A stretch of DNA of 64,000 nt from Octopus sinensis (Eukaryota), in assembly GCF_006345805.1 (NCBI RefSeq), contig NC_043016.1:23560001-23624000 (forward strand), given 5' to 3'. Position numbers and translations under genes: made by a program. Position 1 is the stretch's first letter; each line of letters opens with the position of its first letter. Below are positions 37,986-51,790 of the stretch, piece after piece. Below the pieces are notes generated by a model. That model ran no database searches and was not told the origin of the DNA. It was given only the letters and a program-made list of their open reading frames with translations.

Positions 37986-38369
37986 CATATATATATATTA
38001 TATATAATATATATATATAAATAATAATAATACTAAGGAGTATAACTCCAAACTTACAGGGAAAAATTCAATTTAGTATTAAATCAAATTTTACAATATA
38101 AATATATAAAATATAAATTATGTCTATCATTGTTTGAATTGCATAATAGTGGTTTTTTTCTCTTATATATATATATATATATATATTCAATATGTTTCAA
38201 AAAGTATTCAAAATATTTAGACAGTGGATGTTTATAAACAAAACAACTAAGCTCTATTTACAAGTTGGTGACTGAAAACAAGTAACTCTGAGGGCTGGTA
38301 ATTGAAGCCTTTCAGTTATAATGTATTTAAGAATAATCCATGCTTGTATTAAGTCCTGTAATTTATTGG

Positions 38370-38670
38370 TTCTCACGGAGGCAATGACAAATGACTGTGA
38401 CCCTTAGCAGTTTGCCATGCTTGAGAAGAAGACATATCAAACCAAGTGAAATTGTAATTGTGGTAGATACTGGTGTTATGCAACTGGTACCCATGCTGTT
38501 GGCACATAAAAACACCCATTACAGCCTGAGGAGTGGTTGGTGTTAGGAAGGGCATCCAGCTGTAGAAACCATGCCAAATCAGATTGGTGTCTCATGCACC
38601 TTGTCAGCCTTGGTCAAACCATCTAACCCATGCCTGCATGGACAATGGACCTTAAATGATGATGGTGATG
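38370..38670 (+). mobile_element. RTE tail (family C variant)
   Basis: ttggcacataaaaacaccc..ttggtgttaggaagggcatccagctgtagaaa..catggacaatggaccttaaatgatgatg. Confidence 0.8.
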
Positions 38671-38698
38671 AATAAATGAATATTTATGGATAGTACTC

Positions 38699-38750
<52 letters not shown>

Positions 38751-38956
38751 AGGCACGGGCATGGCTGTGTGGTTAGGGAGCTTGCTTCCTAGCTACATGG
38801 TTTCGGGTTCAGTCCCACTGCGTGGCACTTTGGGTAGGTGTCTTCCACTATAGCCCGAGCCGACCGGAGCTTGTGATTGAATTCGGTAGGTGGAAGTGAC
38901 TGCTGTGTGTGTATGTGTGCGTATAGCTGCTCTGCCTCTCCGAAAGAGAGAGAGGG

Positions 38957-38989
<33 letters not shown>

Positions 38990-39409
38990 ATATATATATG
39001 TGTTGTATATAAATATATATACACACATACATACATACATACGTACATGCATGTTGCATGCCACACATAGGTGTGGATGCACGTGTGTGTGTGTGCGTCA
39101 TTGTGCAATGTACATACACGCACACACAGTGCCACATGTACTGTAGATGAGCAGAGAAGTATATCAGGCTGTAATACATCAGCAAAAAAAAACAAAAAAA
39201 AAAACAAAGCAAAATAAAACGAAGTAATGAGAGATAACTAAATTGAAAAAAAAAAGAAAAAGGAAAGCAAAAACAAAAATGGAAAACCAAACAAACACAT
39301 GATATGTTAAATATTGTATTAAGAATAAAGAGTAAAGGGTAAAGAGAAGAAACATGTCTGAGATACATTAATAACTGATAAGACTGGGTAAGATAAGTAA
39401 TCTAGGTTT

Positions 39410-39467
39410 TTACTACATACATACATACATGCATATATATATATATATATACATATACATACATGTA

Positions 39468-39530
<63 letters not shown>

Positions 39531-39680
39531 ATATATATATATATACACACAAACATACATGTATGTATATGTATATATATATATATATATGTACATATAT
39601 ATATATATATATATATTTATGTCTGTATAACTTCTGTCTATCTTACTATATCTATGTCTCTCTCTCTTTCTCTTTCTCTT

Positions 39681-39715
<35 letters not shown>

Positions 39716-39875
39716 TTCCTCTCTTCTTCTTCTCTCCTCTTTCTCTCTCTCTCTCTATATATATATATATAATTATATATATACACACACACACACACAC
39801 ACATATATGTATATAATTATATGTCTATGTACAACTTTCTGTCTTTCTTACTATATCTATCTCCCTCTATCTCTA

Positions 39876-39931
<56 letters not shown>

Positions 39932-40210
39932 TATATATATATATAATATAATATGTACATATATACATATGTATATATTTAGATATCTATGAATAACTTT
40001 TTGTCTATCTTACTATATCTATGTCTCTTTCTCTCTCTCTCTCTCTATCTCCCTCTCTATGTGTGTGTATACACACACACATGTATATATTTATATGTCT
40101 ATGTATAACTTTCTGTCTATCTTACTATATGTATATTGTCTCCCCTCTCTCTCTCCCTCTCCTCTCTCTCATATATATAAAGATATATATATATATATGC
40201 ATAAGTATGA
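39410..40210. repeat. (TA)n/(CT)n compound microsatellite with higher-order repeats
   Basis: Block (t)gtctatgtataactttctgtctatcttactatatcta recurs near 39620, 39820, 39985 and 40095. Confidence 0.9.
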
Positions 40211-40641
40211 CTTTATCTATCTATGTGTATTCCAAGTTATAAGCTATAGTTTTGTAGCTATGTAACTGAAAGTTTTGCGTGGGGGTATATATTTTCAAGG
40301 AGAAACACGTAGACTGTGTAGCATTTTCTACCAACCCAGGGAAAATGAAATACTGATCTTAGAGAGTAGAGGCACACAAAATAACTTATTATACACAAAA
40401 CTAATTTATCTTTGCATGATGCTGCCTGTGAAACAGCTGTCAGTCTATGGATATCAACTGGGGAAATAAACATAGTTATCTCACATACCTCCACATTTTC
40501 TTTATATTTTATGCATGTATATTTATATTTTAGGGAATAAAAGTTATGGCCAGTCATAGAGTGACCTTTGGTTTCGCGCCTATAAAGCATTTAGCAATAT
40601 AGGTAAATCATCAGAGAATTTGACAAGTTGCTTATATGGCT

Positions 40642-41013
40642 AACTCGTTTACTCGTTTCAGTCATTTAACTGTGGCCATGCTGGAGCACCGCCTTTAGTC
40701 GAGGAGATCGACCAAGCCTAGTACTTATTCTATCGGTTTCTTTTGCCGAACTGCTAAGTTACAGGGACGTAAACACACCAGCATCGGTTCTCAAGCGATG
40801 TTGGGGTGACAAACACCGACACACAAACATATACACACACATATATACATATATACGACGGGCTTCTTTCAGTTTCCGTCTACCAAATCCACTCACAAGG
40901 CTTTGGTTGGCCTGAGGCTATAGTAGAAGACACTTGCCCAAGGAGCCGCACAGTGGGACTGAACTTGGAACCATGTGGTTGGTAAGCAAGCTACTTACCA
41001 CACAGCCACTCCT
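40642..41013 (-). mobile_element. Family A SINE, young
   Basis: Homologous to 25424-25844. Confidence 0.9.
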
Positions 41014-41799
41014 ATTGGTGCAAAATCCAATGGTCACTCTATGACCAGCCATAACTTTTAGCTTCCTAAAAAGTACATTCCTGTTCAAATGCTTTAGAGT
41101 GTGCTTAATATATATATGAACTACTGACAATATATATATATATGTGTGTATGTATGTATAGGTACATGACTGTGTAGTAAAGGATTCAGTCACATCATGT
41201 GACACCTTGGGTAAGAATCTTTTTTCTACAGCACCCAGATTTGGTAATACAGGAAGTGAGATGGGAGAAGAGGATGTTAATAGAATCCAGGAGGCAGTCT
41301 AGCAGGGCCAAGAGGGAGATGGACAACATGGGAAGGTGCTCCTCAAAGAAGTCCCAGCTGGAATCACATATGGAATATGACTCTCACACACACACATATA
41401 CACATGCATGCACACACATACATATACACACAGACACTCACACAAGTTTTCTCTTTCACACACACATATTCTCTCTGACACCTAAACACATGCTCTCATA
41501 GGTGTATGCACATACTTTCACACTTACATATAAACACGCATGCACACACACACACACACACATACACTATCTCTCTCTTTCTCTCTCTCATGCACACAGA
41601 CCTACCCACACACATATATTGGATTTCAATGATATTACTGCCTACCTAATTCTCTCACAAAAAAAAAGTTGGTCAGTCCGAGGCTATATCTTTTATCATT
41701 TTATCTTTAACTTGCTTTAATCACTGGACTGCAGCCATACTGGGGCACCTCCTTAAAGTGTTTTAACTAAAGGAATTGACCCCAGTACTTATTTTTGAA

Positions 41800-42004
41800 C
41801 CCTTTAGCATTTAGATTATGCTATGAAGTGTAAATAATTTATTCCCATCATTTTGAATTAATCATCCATTGTCTCATAACTGTGATTTTGATGATGTGAT
41901 CGTTTGTTTTTAGAACGACATTGTAAGGGGGAAATATGGGTCAGTTTGAGTATGAAACAGGTACAATGTTTGAGCCAGATACAGTCAGTTTAAATGCTAA
42001 AAAG
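41800..42004 (+). mobile_element. TTAA MITE family M2 nested in a family A SINE (41715-42310, minus)
   Basis: tgaa|ccctttagcatt..aatgctaaaaag|ttaa splits the SINE motif cttattttt..gcctggttcttattc. Confidence 0.75.
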
Positions 42005-42465
42005 TTAAGCCTGGTTCTTATTCTAGTGATCTCTTTTGCTGAATCACTAAGTTACAAGGGCTGTAAAGAAGCTACCGACACCAGTTGTTGAATGCCGATG
42101 GAGAACAAACGCTAACAAGACACACACACTCACGCACACACACATACACACACACACACACACACTCATACACAGATATTCACATACATATATATTTTCT
42201 GTCTATTAAATGTACTCACAAGGCTTTGGTCAGCTCAGTGCTATAGTAGAAGACACCTGTTCAAAGTGCCATGCACTGGTACTAAACCCTGGAACCATGT
42301 GGTTGCTCAGAGTGCTGCAGAGTGGGATCAAACCTGAAACCAGCTAGTTGCAAAGCGACCTTCTTAACCACTCAACTATGCCTGTACCTTTGAAGGCAGG
42401 TGACATAATTATTTGGATATTTGGTTTCATGATCAGTAGATCATGAGTTTAATTATATATATATA

Positions 42466-42853
42466 TAGGGTGTTCAAAAAGGCTCTCCGCAGTGAATTTT
42501 TCAGTGAACAGATTATTTCAAAGGGACTTTGGCCACCAAGATCACCTGATTTAACGCCACCAGACTTTTTTTTTCTGGGGTGCAAATAAAGGATCAGTGG
42601 GCAAGAATCACCTGAAAACCATTTATGAGTTAAAAGACACAATCATAACCTTCACACATCAGACTCTCCAAGATGTATTTCAAAACATCTGTAGAAAATT
42701 CAACTTATGCATTGAAAATGAAGGACAAGACTTCTTATAAAGTTTTTTAGAGTCTTGTAAAGTCTTATATATTCTTTCGTAGTCTTATACCATCTTATAG
42801 ATATTTATTTTACAACAAAATACTTACTGTGGAGAGACTTTTCGAACACCCTG
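42466..42853 (+). mobile_element. Internally deleted Tc1/mariner element
   Basis: TIRs tagggtgttcaaaaaggctctcc / ggagagacttttcgaacaccctg with TA flanks; IISKGLWPPRSPDLTPPDFFFWG transposase motif. Confidence 0.92.
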
Positions 42854-44369
42854 TATATGTATGTATGTGTGTAGGTACGTATGTACATATGTATGTATAC
42901 ATACATTCTGCCTAAAAAAAAAAAAGGATCTACAAATACAATATCCCTACATATCTCACATCTATTTTCTTTCTTCCACCCTCATAACCTTGATTTTTTA
43001 TCTCATTACAAAAAATATTTATATATATATATATATGGTTTCAGGTTTACTCCCACTGCGTAGTACCTTGCACATGTGTCCAAGTATCCTTCTGCTCCAA
43101 CCTTAGGCTAATAAAGGCCTTATGAGTGAATTTGGTCGGGAGGGTGGGGTGTAGGTGGGAAACAAAAGGGTCTATATTGTGTATATATGTGTGCATGTGT
43201 GTGTGTATGCTTGCAGTTTGTATATATATGTACACACACACACTCACAAATATATGTATATATCAATATATATATATATATTGATATGTATATTCATCCT
43301 GGTCAATAGAAATCTTTCCATTAAATTGTAACTGAATACAAAGATGTGCTTCCTTTCTAAACACACTTTCTATTGTTTGTTGTTGCTTGTTGTTGGTGCT
43401 GGTGGTGGCAGTGGTGTGGGTTGTTGTTGTTGTTGTGGTGGTGGTAATGGTCGTGGTCATCATCATGATTATCTATTCGTTTATTTTATTTATTTTATTT
43501 ATTTTATTTATTTTATTTATTTATTTATTTATTTTGTTACCATAATTATCAAAACTGGAGTCAGTGTAACCCCAAAATAATCTTGCACTATCAAATCATT
43601 TATTTATTTATTGACGGTGGTGGTCACGGCAAGAGGAGGCAGTGGGGGTCAATGTTTTATCACGCGGTCTTCTTCTTGATGGTAGAAGGAAAGTGTGTGA
43701 CTCTTGTCTGACTGTTTTAAAACTATTTAAATGACGTCACACACCAGACTACACTCTTTCCCTTCCTCAATTCTTTTTTGCTTTCCTTCTTTCTTTCTTA
43801 TTTTCTTTCCTTCCTTCCTTCCTTCCTTCCTTCCCTTATGTTTTCCTCCCCTTTTATTCTTCTATTTCTTTACTTTCTTATGCGTGTGCATGTGTGCTCT
43901 TACCTGTGTGTGTGTGCACGTTTATTTGTGTGTGTGTGTGTGTGTGTGTTTATTTGTGTATGCCTGTTCATGTGTGCTTGTGTGTGTGTGTGTATGTCTG
44001 CTTGAATGAGTGTGTGCTATATATGTGTGTGTGTGTATGCATGTTGCATGTGTGTATGTTTGTTGCATGTGTATGTGTGTGTGTGTGTGTGTGTAGGTGT
44101 GTGTATGTATGTGTGTGTTTGTGTATGTGTGTGTGAGTGTGTCCATGTGCATGATTGATTGTTAATTCAGAAAACAGGAGTTATATCTATTGTAAAAAAA
44201 AAAAAATAAAGAACATACCGATTCACCTCCCCACCTCCACCATCATTTCTTCAATGTTGTTAAATTGTTTATTTCAGTAGATGAGGTGTCATAACATTAA
44301 AATGACTAACTGGGAAAGTTGGCCCGGCGTGGCCTGGCCTGGCCCGGCCTGGTCTGGCTCTCCATTCTT

Positions 44370-44672
44370 TATGATGACATGTATTCCAGTTGACCCAATC
44401 AAGAGAACAGCCTGTTTCTGAAATGAACGTCCAAGTGGCTGAGGACCCCACAGACACTTGTACTCTTAATGTAGTTCTCAGGAAGATTAAGTATGACAGA
44501 ATGTGACATGGTTGGCCCTTTGTATTGCAGGTACTTCTCATATTTGCCAGTTGAGTTGACAGGAAGAATGGGAAATAAAGTGTCTTGCTGAAGGACATAA
44601 TGTATTGCCAGGAATCAAGCTAATGACCTTATGAATGTGACCTGAATTACCAAGTCATTAAGCCACATGCCT
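44370..44672 (-). mobile_element. Family D SINE
   Basis: Homologous to 26770-27300 without the MITE. Confidence 0.8.
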
Positions 44673-44939
44673 TCCCGGTTGGTGCATGGCTTAATGGTGC
44701 CTTCCCTGTAGAACATTGGATAAAAGCCTCTGTGTATAAGTTTCAGCTCTCTGTACCATGAGTTCAAATCCTACCAAGGTCAACTTTGCCATTCACTCTT
44801 TCAGGATCAATAGCAAACAATAGATCAATCCATGGTCATGGAGTGGCAGAATTGTTAGAACAGTAATTGATTAGATTCTTTGTGGTATGTGATTCAAGGC
44901 CTGACCTATCATAGATATGATTAAAAATATCAAAGTATA

Positions 44940-45385
44940 ACAAGGGAGTACTGGAAAGTTCCTTGCTTTGGGTAAAAGAAAATACTGGAGGATCAGTTAA
45001 TTATGATGTTAGTCAACATATTTTCTTCTCAGATTCACACACTTATTGCAGTGGTTCTTCAGTTTTTCTAATCCCTGTAAAAGAACCCATAAAGATTGGG
45101 CCTCCAACCAGGCCTTTTGTGACACCCTTAACCCTTTAGTATTTGGATTTCTCTATCAAATATATAATGCTTATTTACTGATGTTGATGTGAACTAGTCA
45201 TGTCTTATCTGTAGCTTTGAGATTTCAAAGATGTGATTGTCTAATTTTAGAATAATATTGTAGGCTAAGTGTAAAAGGCTGGATCTGGCCAGTTTAAAGA
45301 TAAAACAGGTAGAATATTTAGGCCAGATATGGCTTGTTAAAATGCTAAAGGGTTAAAGCCAGGAACTTTTCAGCATTTCCTTGCA
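44940..45385 (+). mobile_element. Mariner-like MITE with nested M2 MITE
   Basis: Ends caagggagtactggaaagttcc / ggaacttttcagcatttccttg are approximate inverted repeats. Confidence 0.65.
45132..45352 (+). mobile_element. TTAA MITE family M2
   Basis: ttaa 45128-31 |ccctttagtatt..aatgctaaaggg| ttaa 45353-56. Confidence 0.88.
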
Positions 45386-45797
45386 TGTGCCTGAGATTAT
45401 ATTAGCTAATGTAGCGGCTAGCAACCGGTGGGCCTTGGCCTGACAGCTTGATTCTGTGGGCCTTGCATCCTTTTTCATTGTTAATGTAGTTGAAAGCCAT
45501 TGAGCTGTTGATAGCCTTTTGAGATTGTCACAGGATTTGCTTAACTTTCATCTAGGCAAGCACTGATGGTGATGGGGATAGGGGAATACATTGGGATATT
45601 TTTTATATGTAAGACATGAGATATAATTTACATAGAGGGCCCCAATGGGTAAATGTAAGACAGACAAAAATCAAAAGTGAATTCTTTCTAAAAGAAGTTA
45701 CTGAGATCAAATCCTGTCAATACCAACTTTGTCTTTTGTCCTTTCAGGATCAAGAAAAGAAGTACCAATGCAGCTCTCTAAATTGGTACATTTTTTT

Positions 45798-45834
<37 letters not shown>

Positions 45835-46149
45835 GTTTCTGACAGGTCAAATAAAAGAGGTTCCTTCAAGGCCCCAGTAGTGAATAAAAAGTGTAGTGTA
45901 TTACTTAATATAACCTTCATTTGTGAACTTGCTCACACTTCCAGGTATCTCAGTCATAATTCTGTATAGAGCCCCACACAGATACTTAATGGTTTTTAAA
46001 TGAATACATTGTTGGTAAATATAGAGGATATTAATAAAGTTTATTGTCTAAATGTACAGAACAATGTATCATTTATAAACACACAACTGTTTCATTTGGT
46101 GTTGGAAATAACATTATCTAAATACTTCCCATTGTTTTACACACACACA

Positions 46150-46860
46150 CACATTTGTAACCTAATCTTGAAGTTCTACATTGCATATCACACCACGTCT
46201 TGAGAAATTACTGTCATTTCCTACAACAAATAGTAGCCTTCAGTTTATCCAGTGTGAATATGTGTCGTTTATTGATGGACACTTTCTCTTTGAGATAGCC
46301 CCAAAGGAAATAATCACTAACCAAAAGGTCATTTCTATTAGCAGGCAAATGACATATCAGTAAACATGTTTTTAATAATGTCCATGGAAGCTCTTGCTGG
46401 TCAGACAGTTGCATCATCTTCATTGAAACCATATCTGTTGTGTATTAATGTCATATCTGTTCCATTCTGTGCAACATGAACACATAAACGTCACAATTCA
46501 TTATAACCACAAGCTGCCCTCTTCAAAGAATTATAGGCTCATCACACCAAACTTTCCTCACAACTCTAATCTATTACATATCTACATTGAAGAGGATACT
46601 CACTTAGTAGACAGCTGTGTGATCAATAACAAAAATTCTGCTTATTTATGCAACCAGACAAAGAAATACATTTTGTTATCTTTGAAAAGAACCATGTCCT
46701 CTGTGCACATTTCAAGCATGTTTTCTGCAAATATTTTCTGGCTTTTCTAATTATATTGATTTTATCTCTTGTGCAATCATAATCTTGTATGGATAAAAAC
46801 TTAAACCAAAATACAATATCCAATATATACTACAATCTCAAATATTTAGTGCGACACTGT
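46150..46860 (-). mobile_element. Decayed Tc1/mariner transposase (catalytic domain)
   Basis: WFFSK..LSGCINKQNFCY; WFNEDDAT..ARASMDII; DYFLWGYLKEKV..TLDKLK correspond to SDEAHF..NKQN, QQDGAT and DYFLWG motifs. Confidence 0.85.
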
Positions 46861-46952
46861 GCTTCAATGCAGTACAATGTAAACAATTCTTTTTAGCTCT
46901 CCTCCTTATAACCCTGCACAGCTCAAATATTTCCTGAAGGTGCTTTCCTTAA

Positions 46953-47155
46953 CCCTTTAACATTCAAATTACTCTATCAAATGTAATACTTATTTACTCA
47001 CATTGTTGTGAATTAATCATAATGAATTAATCTAGTAGCTTTGAGATTTTGATGATGTGTTTGTTTACATTAGGAACAAGGCCTCATCTGGTCAGTTTGA
47101 GCACAAAACTTGTAGAATATTAGGGCCTGATATGGCTGGTTTGAATACAAAAGGG
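46953..47155 (+). mobile_element. TTAA MITE family M2
   Basis: ttaa|ccctttaacattcaaatt...atacaaaaggg|ttaa. Confidence 0.85.
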
Positions 47156-47800
47156 TTAATACTGTACAGGTATTTTATCCATAAATGTATCATATTCTGA
47201 CTTGGCACTTTTCAGTGATGGCCCTCATTAAAATGCAAATGAAAATTTCATTGCATTTGTGTAAACCAAGCAGTTACTTAAAAACAACAACAACAAAAGA
47301 ATGTCTTTATTATAAACGCACAGTGTCACATATTCCCTTGTTTCAAGATTCTAAATTGATTCTGTGCTGTTCAACATTATCAAGCAGATGAACATCCATT
47401 GCTGTCATCCAAACATTTTTAAAGCCATCAGGTTTCTCTCCCTAACCTTGTACTATATGGATTCACGGCTGACTTCAGAAAGTAAAATCCTATAAGCAAA
47501 AAAAAAAAAAAAGACTTCCCTTGCCACAAAAAAACAAAACAAAACATTTGATATTTGAGTCCACTGTGTACTATGCATTGATAACTATACAATCAGAGAT
47601 TCACACTAAGAATGATCACTAGTTCCTCCTACCCCTCGTCTTCATCCTCTTCCTCCCCTTCTCCACCTGCTCTCCTCTCCCCACCGCCTCCTCCATGGGG
47701 GTTGCAGAATCTTCTCTCTTCTGCCATGATCTTCTCTAAGTAAAATAATGGTTGTACATCAGTAAATAGCACATCGGCACCACCAATTTTTGTACATTAG

Positions 47801-47947
47801 AGACCTGCGATTTATGTTGTGTACTTCCTTCTTGTGGCATTGCTGGTCATGCATCATTCATTGGTCGAGATGTACACCTAGACGACACCAAGGGTGTCAT
47901 GTCTTCCACCCCTATATATGCTTCAATCAACAAAATTATCCAAGAAG
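47801..47947 (+). CDS. Candidate 147-nt phase 1-1 coding exon, unidentified protein
   Basis: aatttttgtacattag|AG..GAAG|gtattt; open frame TCDLCCVLPSCGIAGHASFIGRDVHLDDTKGVMSSTPIYASINKIIQE in unique sequence. Confidence 0.35.
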
Positions 47948-50810
47948 GTATTTAATGGATTCTTCTCATAATGTCATTTTAACAATAGATTTATATCAAG
48001 ACATTCCTACATTATCATCTGAGATGTTATGTCTGGTACTAAAACATCAACATCTGGTTCTCATTAACAATGTCTCACCATCTCTCTCTTGCTCTCTCTC
48101 TCTCTCTCTCTCCCTCTCTTTCTCTCTCTGTCACTCTCTGTATCTCTCTGTCTGGCTATCTATCTTTCTGTCTGTCTGTCTACCTCTTTCAAGCCAATTA
48201 TGGAAAAGAAAACCAAGGTTATCTTAATTGTTTTTACACTGTATGTGCATATGTATGTGTGTATATATGTGTGTATGTATGTATGTGTGCATTTGTGTAT
48301 GTGTGAGTATATGTGTGTGTGTGTCTGTATGTTTGGAATGGGGGTTCAAATAGACCACTGCTAATGTTAATGCACAAAATTAGACTAGTATACTCATAGG
48401 AAATTACAGTGTTATTAATAACAAATTAGACCATTATTGGATGCATCAAATTAGACCACCGTTAATGTACTGAATTAGACCACCATTAATGCAGCAAACT
48501 CTTCTTCGGTGTTATTTAAGTCTGCATAATGTTCTGCCTTCACAGTCTCCCTTCCCACTTCTCCAGTCTGTATTCTTATAGAGCCGCCATTTATTACTAC
48601 ATGCCAATCATCAATGAAAGTCAGGAAGAAATATTCAGCCATTATCTTATCTGTATGTTTAACAGCACAAGAAACGTAATATAATATTGTCCGTATGCTT
48701 TGCAGAAATAGATTAACCCAGAAAGGTGTAATCGATGCTCATTAGGATTTCAAATGTCATAATAACTACACTTCCGGCACTAAAGTAGCAGTTTGTAATT
48801 TAATGTGTCAAAGTCTCATAAAGTGGAATTTTGGAAGAACTAAACTAAACCATCTAGCTTTCCTTCTTTTCCAGCTCTTGCAACAAATTCATCCATTTAT
48901 AACAGATATAGTTATCATTTTTCTTTCTTTTTTTTTTTTTTCATAAATATATTTTTATCTCTACATATAAAAGTGGTGTCCATCATTTAGTTAGCTTTCA
49001 GATAAGTATATTGTGAATTATCTTGGAAGAGAAGAGTATTCAGACATGTTGGTTTGGCATTAATTACAATAGTATTTATTCAATTCTTTTGTTATCTACT
49101 TTGTCTACATTACTGAGAATTCTGTTTACAACTTTATGATTCTCTGGCATTATGCTCCTCATAAATATATTCTCCAAAAACGAATATACAAAACTGCAGA
49201 GTAAATTGCTTGAATTATATTTTAAACTATGTGCCTATTAACAAATGTTGTCCTGTATAATAACTGGGGGCTCATCCTCATCATAATTTAACATCCACTT
49301 TTCTGTGATTGTAAGGGTCAGATAAAATTTGTTAAGATAGATATTTTATGGCTGGATGCCTTTCCTGTTGTCAACCCTCACTGGTTTCCAAGCAAGGTAG
49401 TATTTCCCCTTGGCCAGACATGCTTTTATGGTAGAGTGTAAACAAATAGCTTTGTTCATATGGAAATGATGCCCATTTACGACTATCATATGATGGCTAG
49501 ACAAGGGTACACACTGACACAGAAACACACATAGACACACACGCATGATGATGAGCTTCTTTCAATTTCCTACTCCCAAATCTTCAAACAAGATTTTGGT
49601 CGGTCTGGGGCTATTGTAGAAGATACTTACCCAAGGCAAAATGCAGTGGGACTGAACCCAAGACCCCACAGTTGGGAAGCATGCTTCTAAACCACACAAC
49701 CACACTTACATCTGTATCATGGACCATCAATGATAAACTACAGTTCAAGTGTTGAAGTAGAATGTAGGTTGTGCAATATTCCTCCTAGGTGTTCACACAA
49801 CAAAAGGAAACCAACAGATTTAAATGCATTTACCTGTTGTGTACTACAACACACCACAGTGACATCTGATCGTAACTGAGTGGTTTACTTATATTTATCT
49901 GTTATATTCACCTCACTGTTGATTGGTTTAACTGTTGTATATAGCAATACACTACAGCGACATCTAATATATGTTGACTGGTTTACCTGAATTTACCTGT
50001 TGTATACACCACACTACATTGACATCTGATCACAGGTGGAACATTCAGCAGCAGCTATGTACTTTTCTGCATCTATCCACAAACACTTTGCTCATAATCC
50101 CTCTAATAACACTGATAACAACAATAAAATGAATAAACCAATTCACATATTTTTTAACGCTTTTTTAGGCAGCTACATCAAACATTAAATTACTGGTGTG
50201 TGTTTCATTGCTATATGGACTAATGCTAAAATATACAAATTGGTCTATCCAGTTTACTTCAACCTCAAACATTAATGGGTTTATAAGCAGTGTGTTCAAG
50301 GATAGATGGTGATAGTACACAGTTGGTGATAACTGTATCTTCACCTATCCATGAGAATTCCAACAAGAATCAAAACATGTGTATATATGTTGTCTCTCTC
50401 TTTCTCTTTACTCTGTAACATACAGAATTGGCTAAAAAGCCTTTAAGACATGTTTTTCAGTACATTGCAGTAATGAAATGAAACACTGTTTGTACAACAT
50501 TAATTTAATGTTGGCCTTATACACATACAAGTATTTTCCTGTGTGTGTGAAAGTGTGCATTTGTGTGTGTGTGTGTGTGTGTGTGTACTTTGTAATGTAA
50601 CTCAATGCTTGACATGACCATACACAACAGGCCTCAATACCCAAAGTTACATTCAACTCTCATTTTCTGACACTGCTCACTTAACAGTATATAAAGTAGT
50701 GAATACATAGATTTAGGGTATAACATTGGAGAAGAACCTCATAATGATGATGTATAATCAAATGGTTACTTCAGCTATATATATATATATAATATATAAC
50801 ATATATATAT

Positions 50811-50841
<31 letters not shown>

Positions 50842-50869
50842 TATATATATTATATATATATATATAATA

Positions 50870-50906
<37 letters not shown>

Positions 50907-51159
50907 GTATATATATATATGTATCTTTATATATGTATATATATTATATATGTATCTTTATATATGTATATATATATATGTATATATATATATGTATATA
51001 TATATATACTATATATATATATATATTTATATATTATATATATATATATAATTATATAATATATCATAATAATATTAGGGAGTAATCCAAACTTACAGGA
51101 AAAATTAGATTTAGGATTAATCCAATTTTATAGTATAAATATATTAATTTAAAAATATA

Positions 51160-51273
51160 AAAGTTAAATTTTAAAAATTATTTAAATAATTTAAACTTAT
51201 AAATTTTAAATATATATATAATATATACATATATATATTTTTATATATTATTATTTATAAAATAATATAAAAT

Positions 51274-51314
<41 letters not shown>

Positions 51315-51450
51315 TTATATATATGATATATATATATTATATATATATTATATATATGATATATATATATATAATATATATATGTATTATATCTATATAT
51401 TTAAAATTTATAAGTTTAAATTATTTAAATAATTTTTAAATTTTAACTTT
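51160..51450. repeat. AT-rich inverted repeat around (TA)n
   Basis: aaagttaaattttaaaaattatttaaataatttaaacttataaatttt mirrored by aaaattttataagtttaaattatttaaataatttttaaattttaacttt; flanks related to 38025-38165. Confidence 0.75.
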
Positions 51451-51560
51451 ATATATCTTTTTAATTAATTTTATTTCTATGTATTGGCTTATGATATTCA
51501 CTGTTTGATTTGCATAATAGTGGTTTTATCTCTAATTTAATATAATATATATATATATAT

Positions 51561-51704
51561 GCCGGAGTAAAAACACATAAATGTGAAACAAGGTGGAAAA
51601 AGAGTACTCAAATACCAGTGGTAGAGTAATATGCTTTATTTAAAGCAGCAGAAAATTCAACAAAACACGTTTTGTTGAAGTTTCTGCTGCTTTAAATAAA
51701 GTAT
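51561..51704 (+). mobile_element. Family F element with short terminal foldback
   Basis: gctttatttaaagcagcagaaaattcaacaaaac-ac-gttttgttgaagtttctgctgctttaaataaagt. Confidence 0.8.
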
Positions 51705-51719
51705 ATATTATATATATTA

Positions 51720-51790
<71 letters not shown>

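Noticed and set aside
48340-48500. ~20-bp tandem repeat aattagaccaccattaatg (also degenerate minisatellites at 35950-36210 and 24180-24360)
   Set aside because: Ordinary minisatellites with no unique spacers or structure
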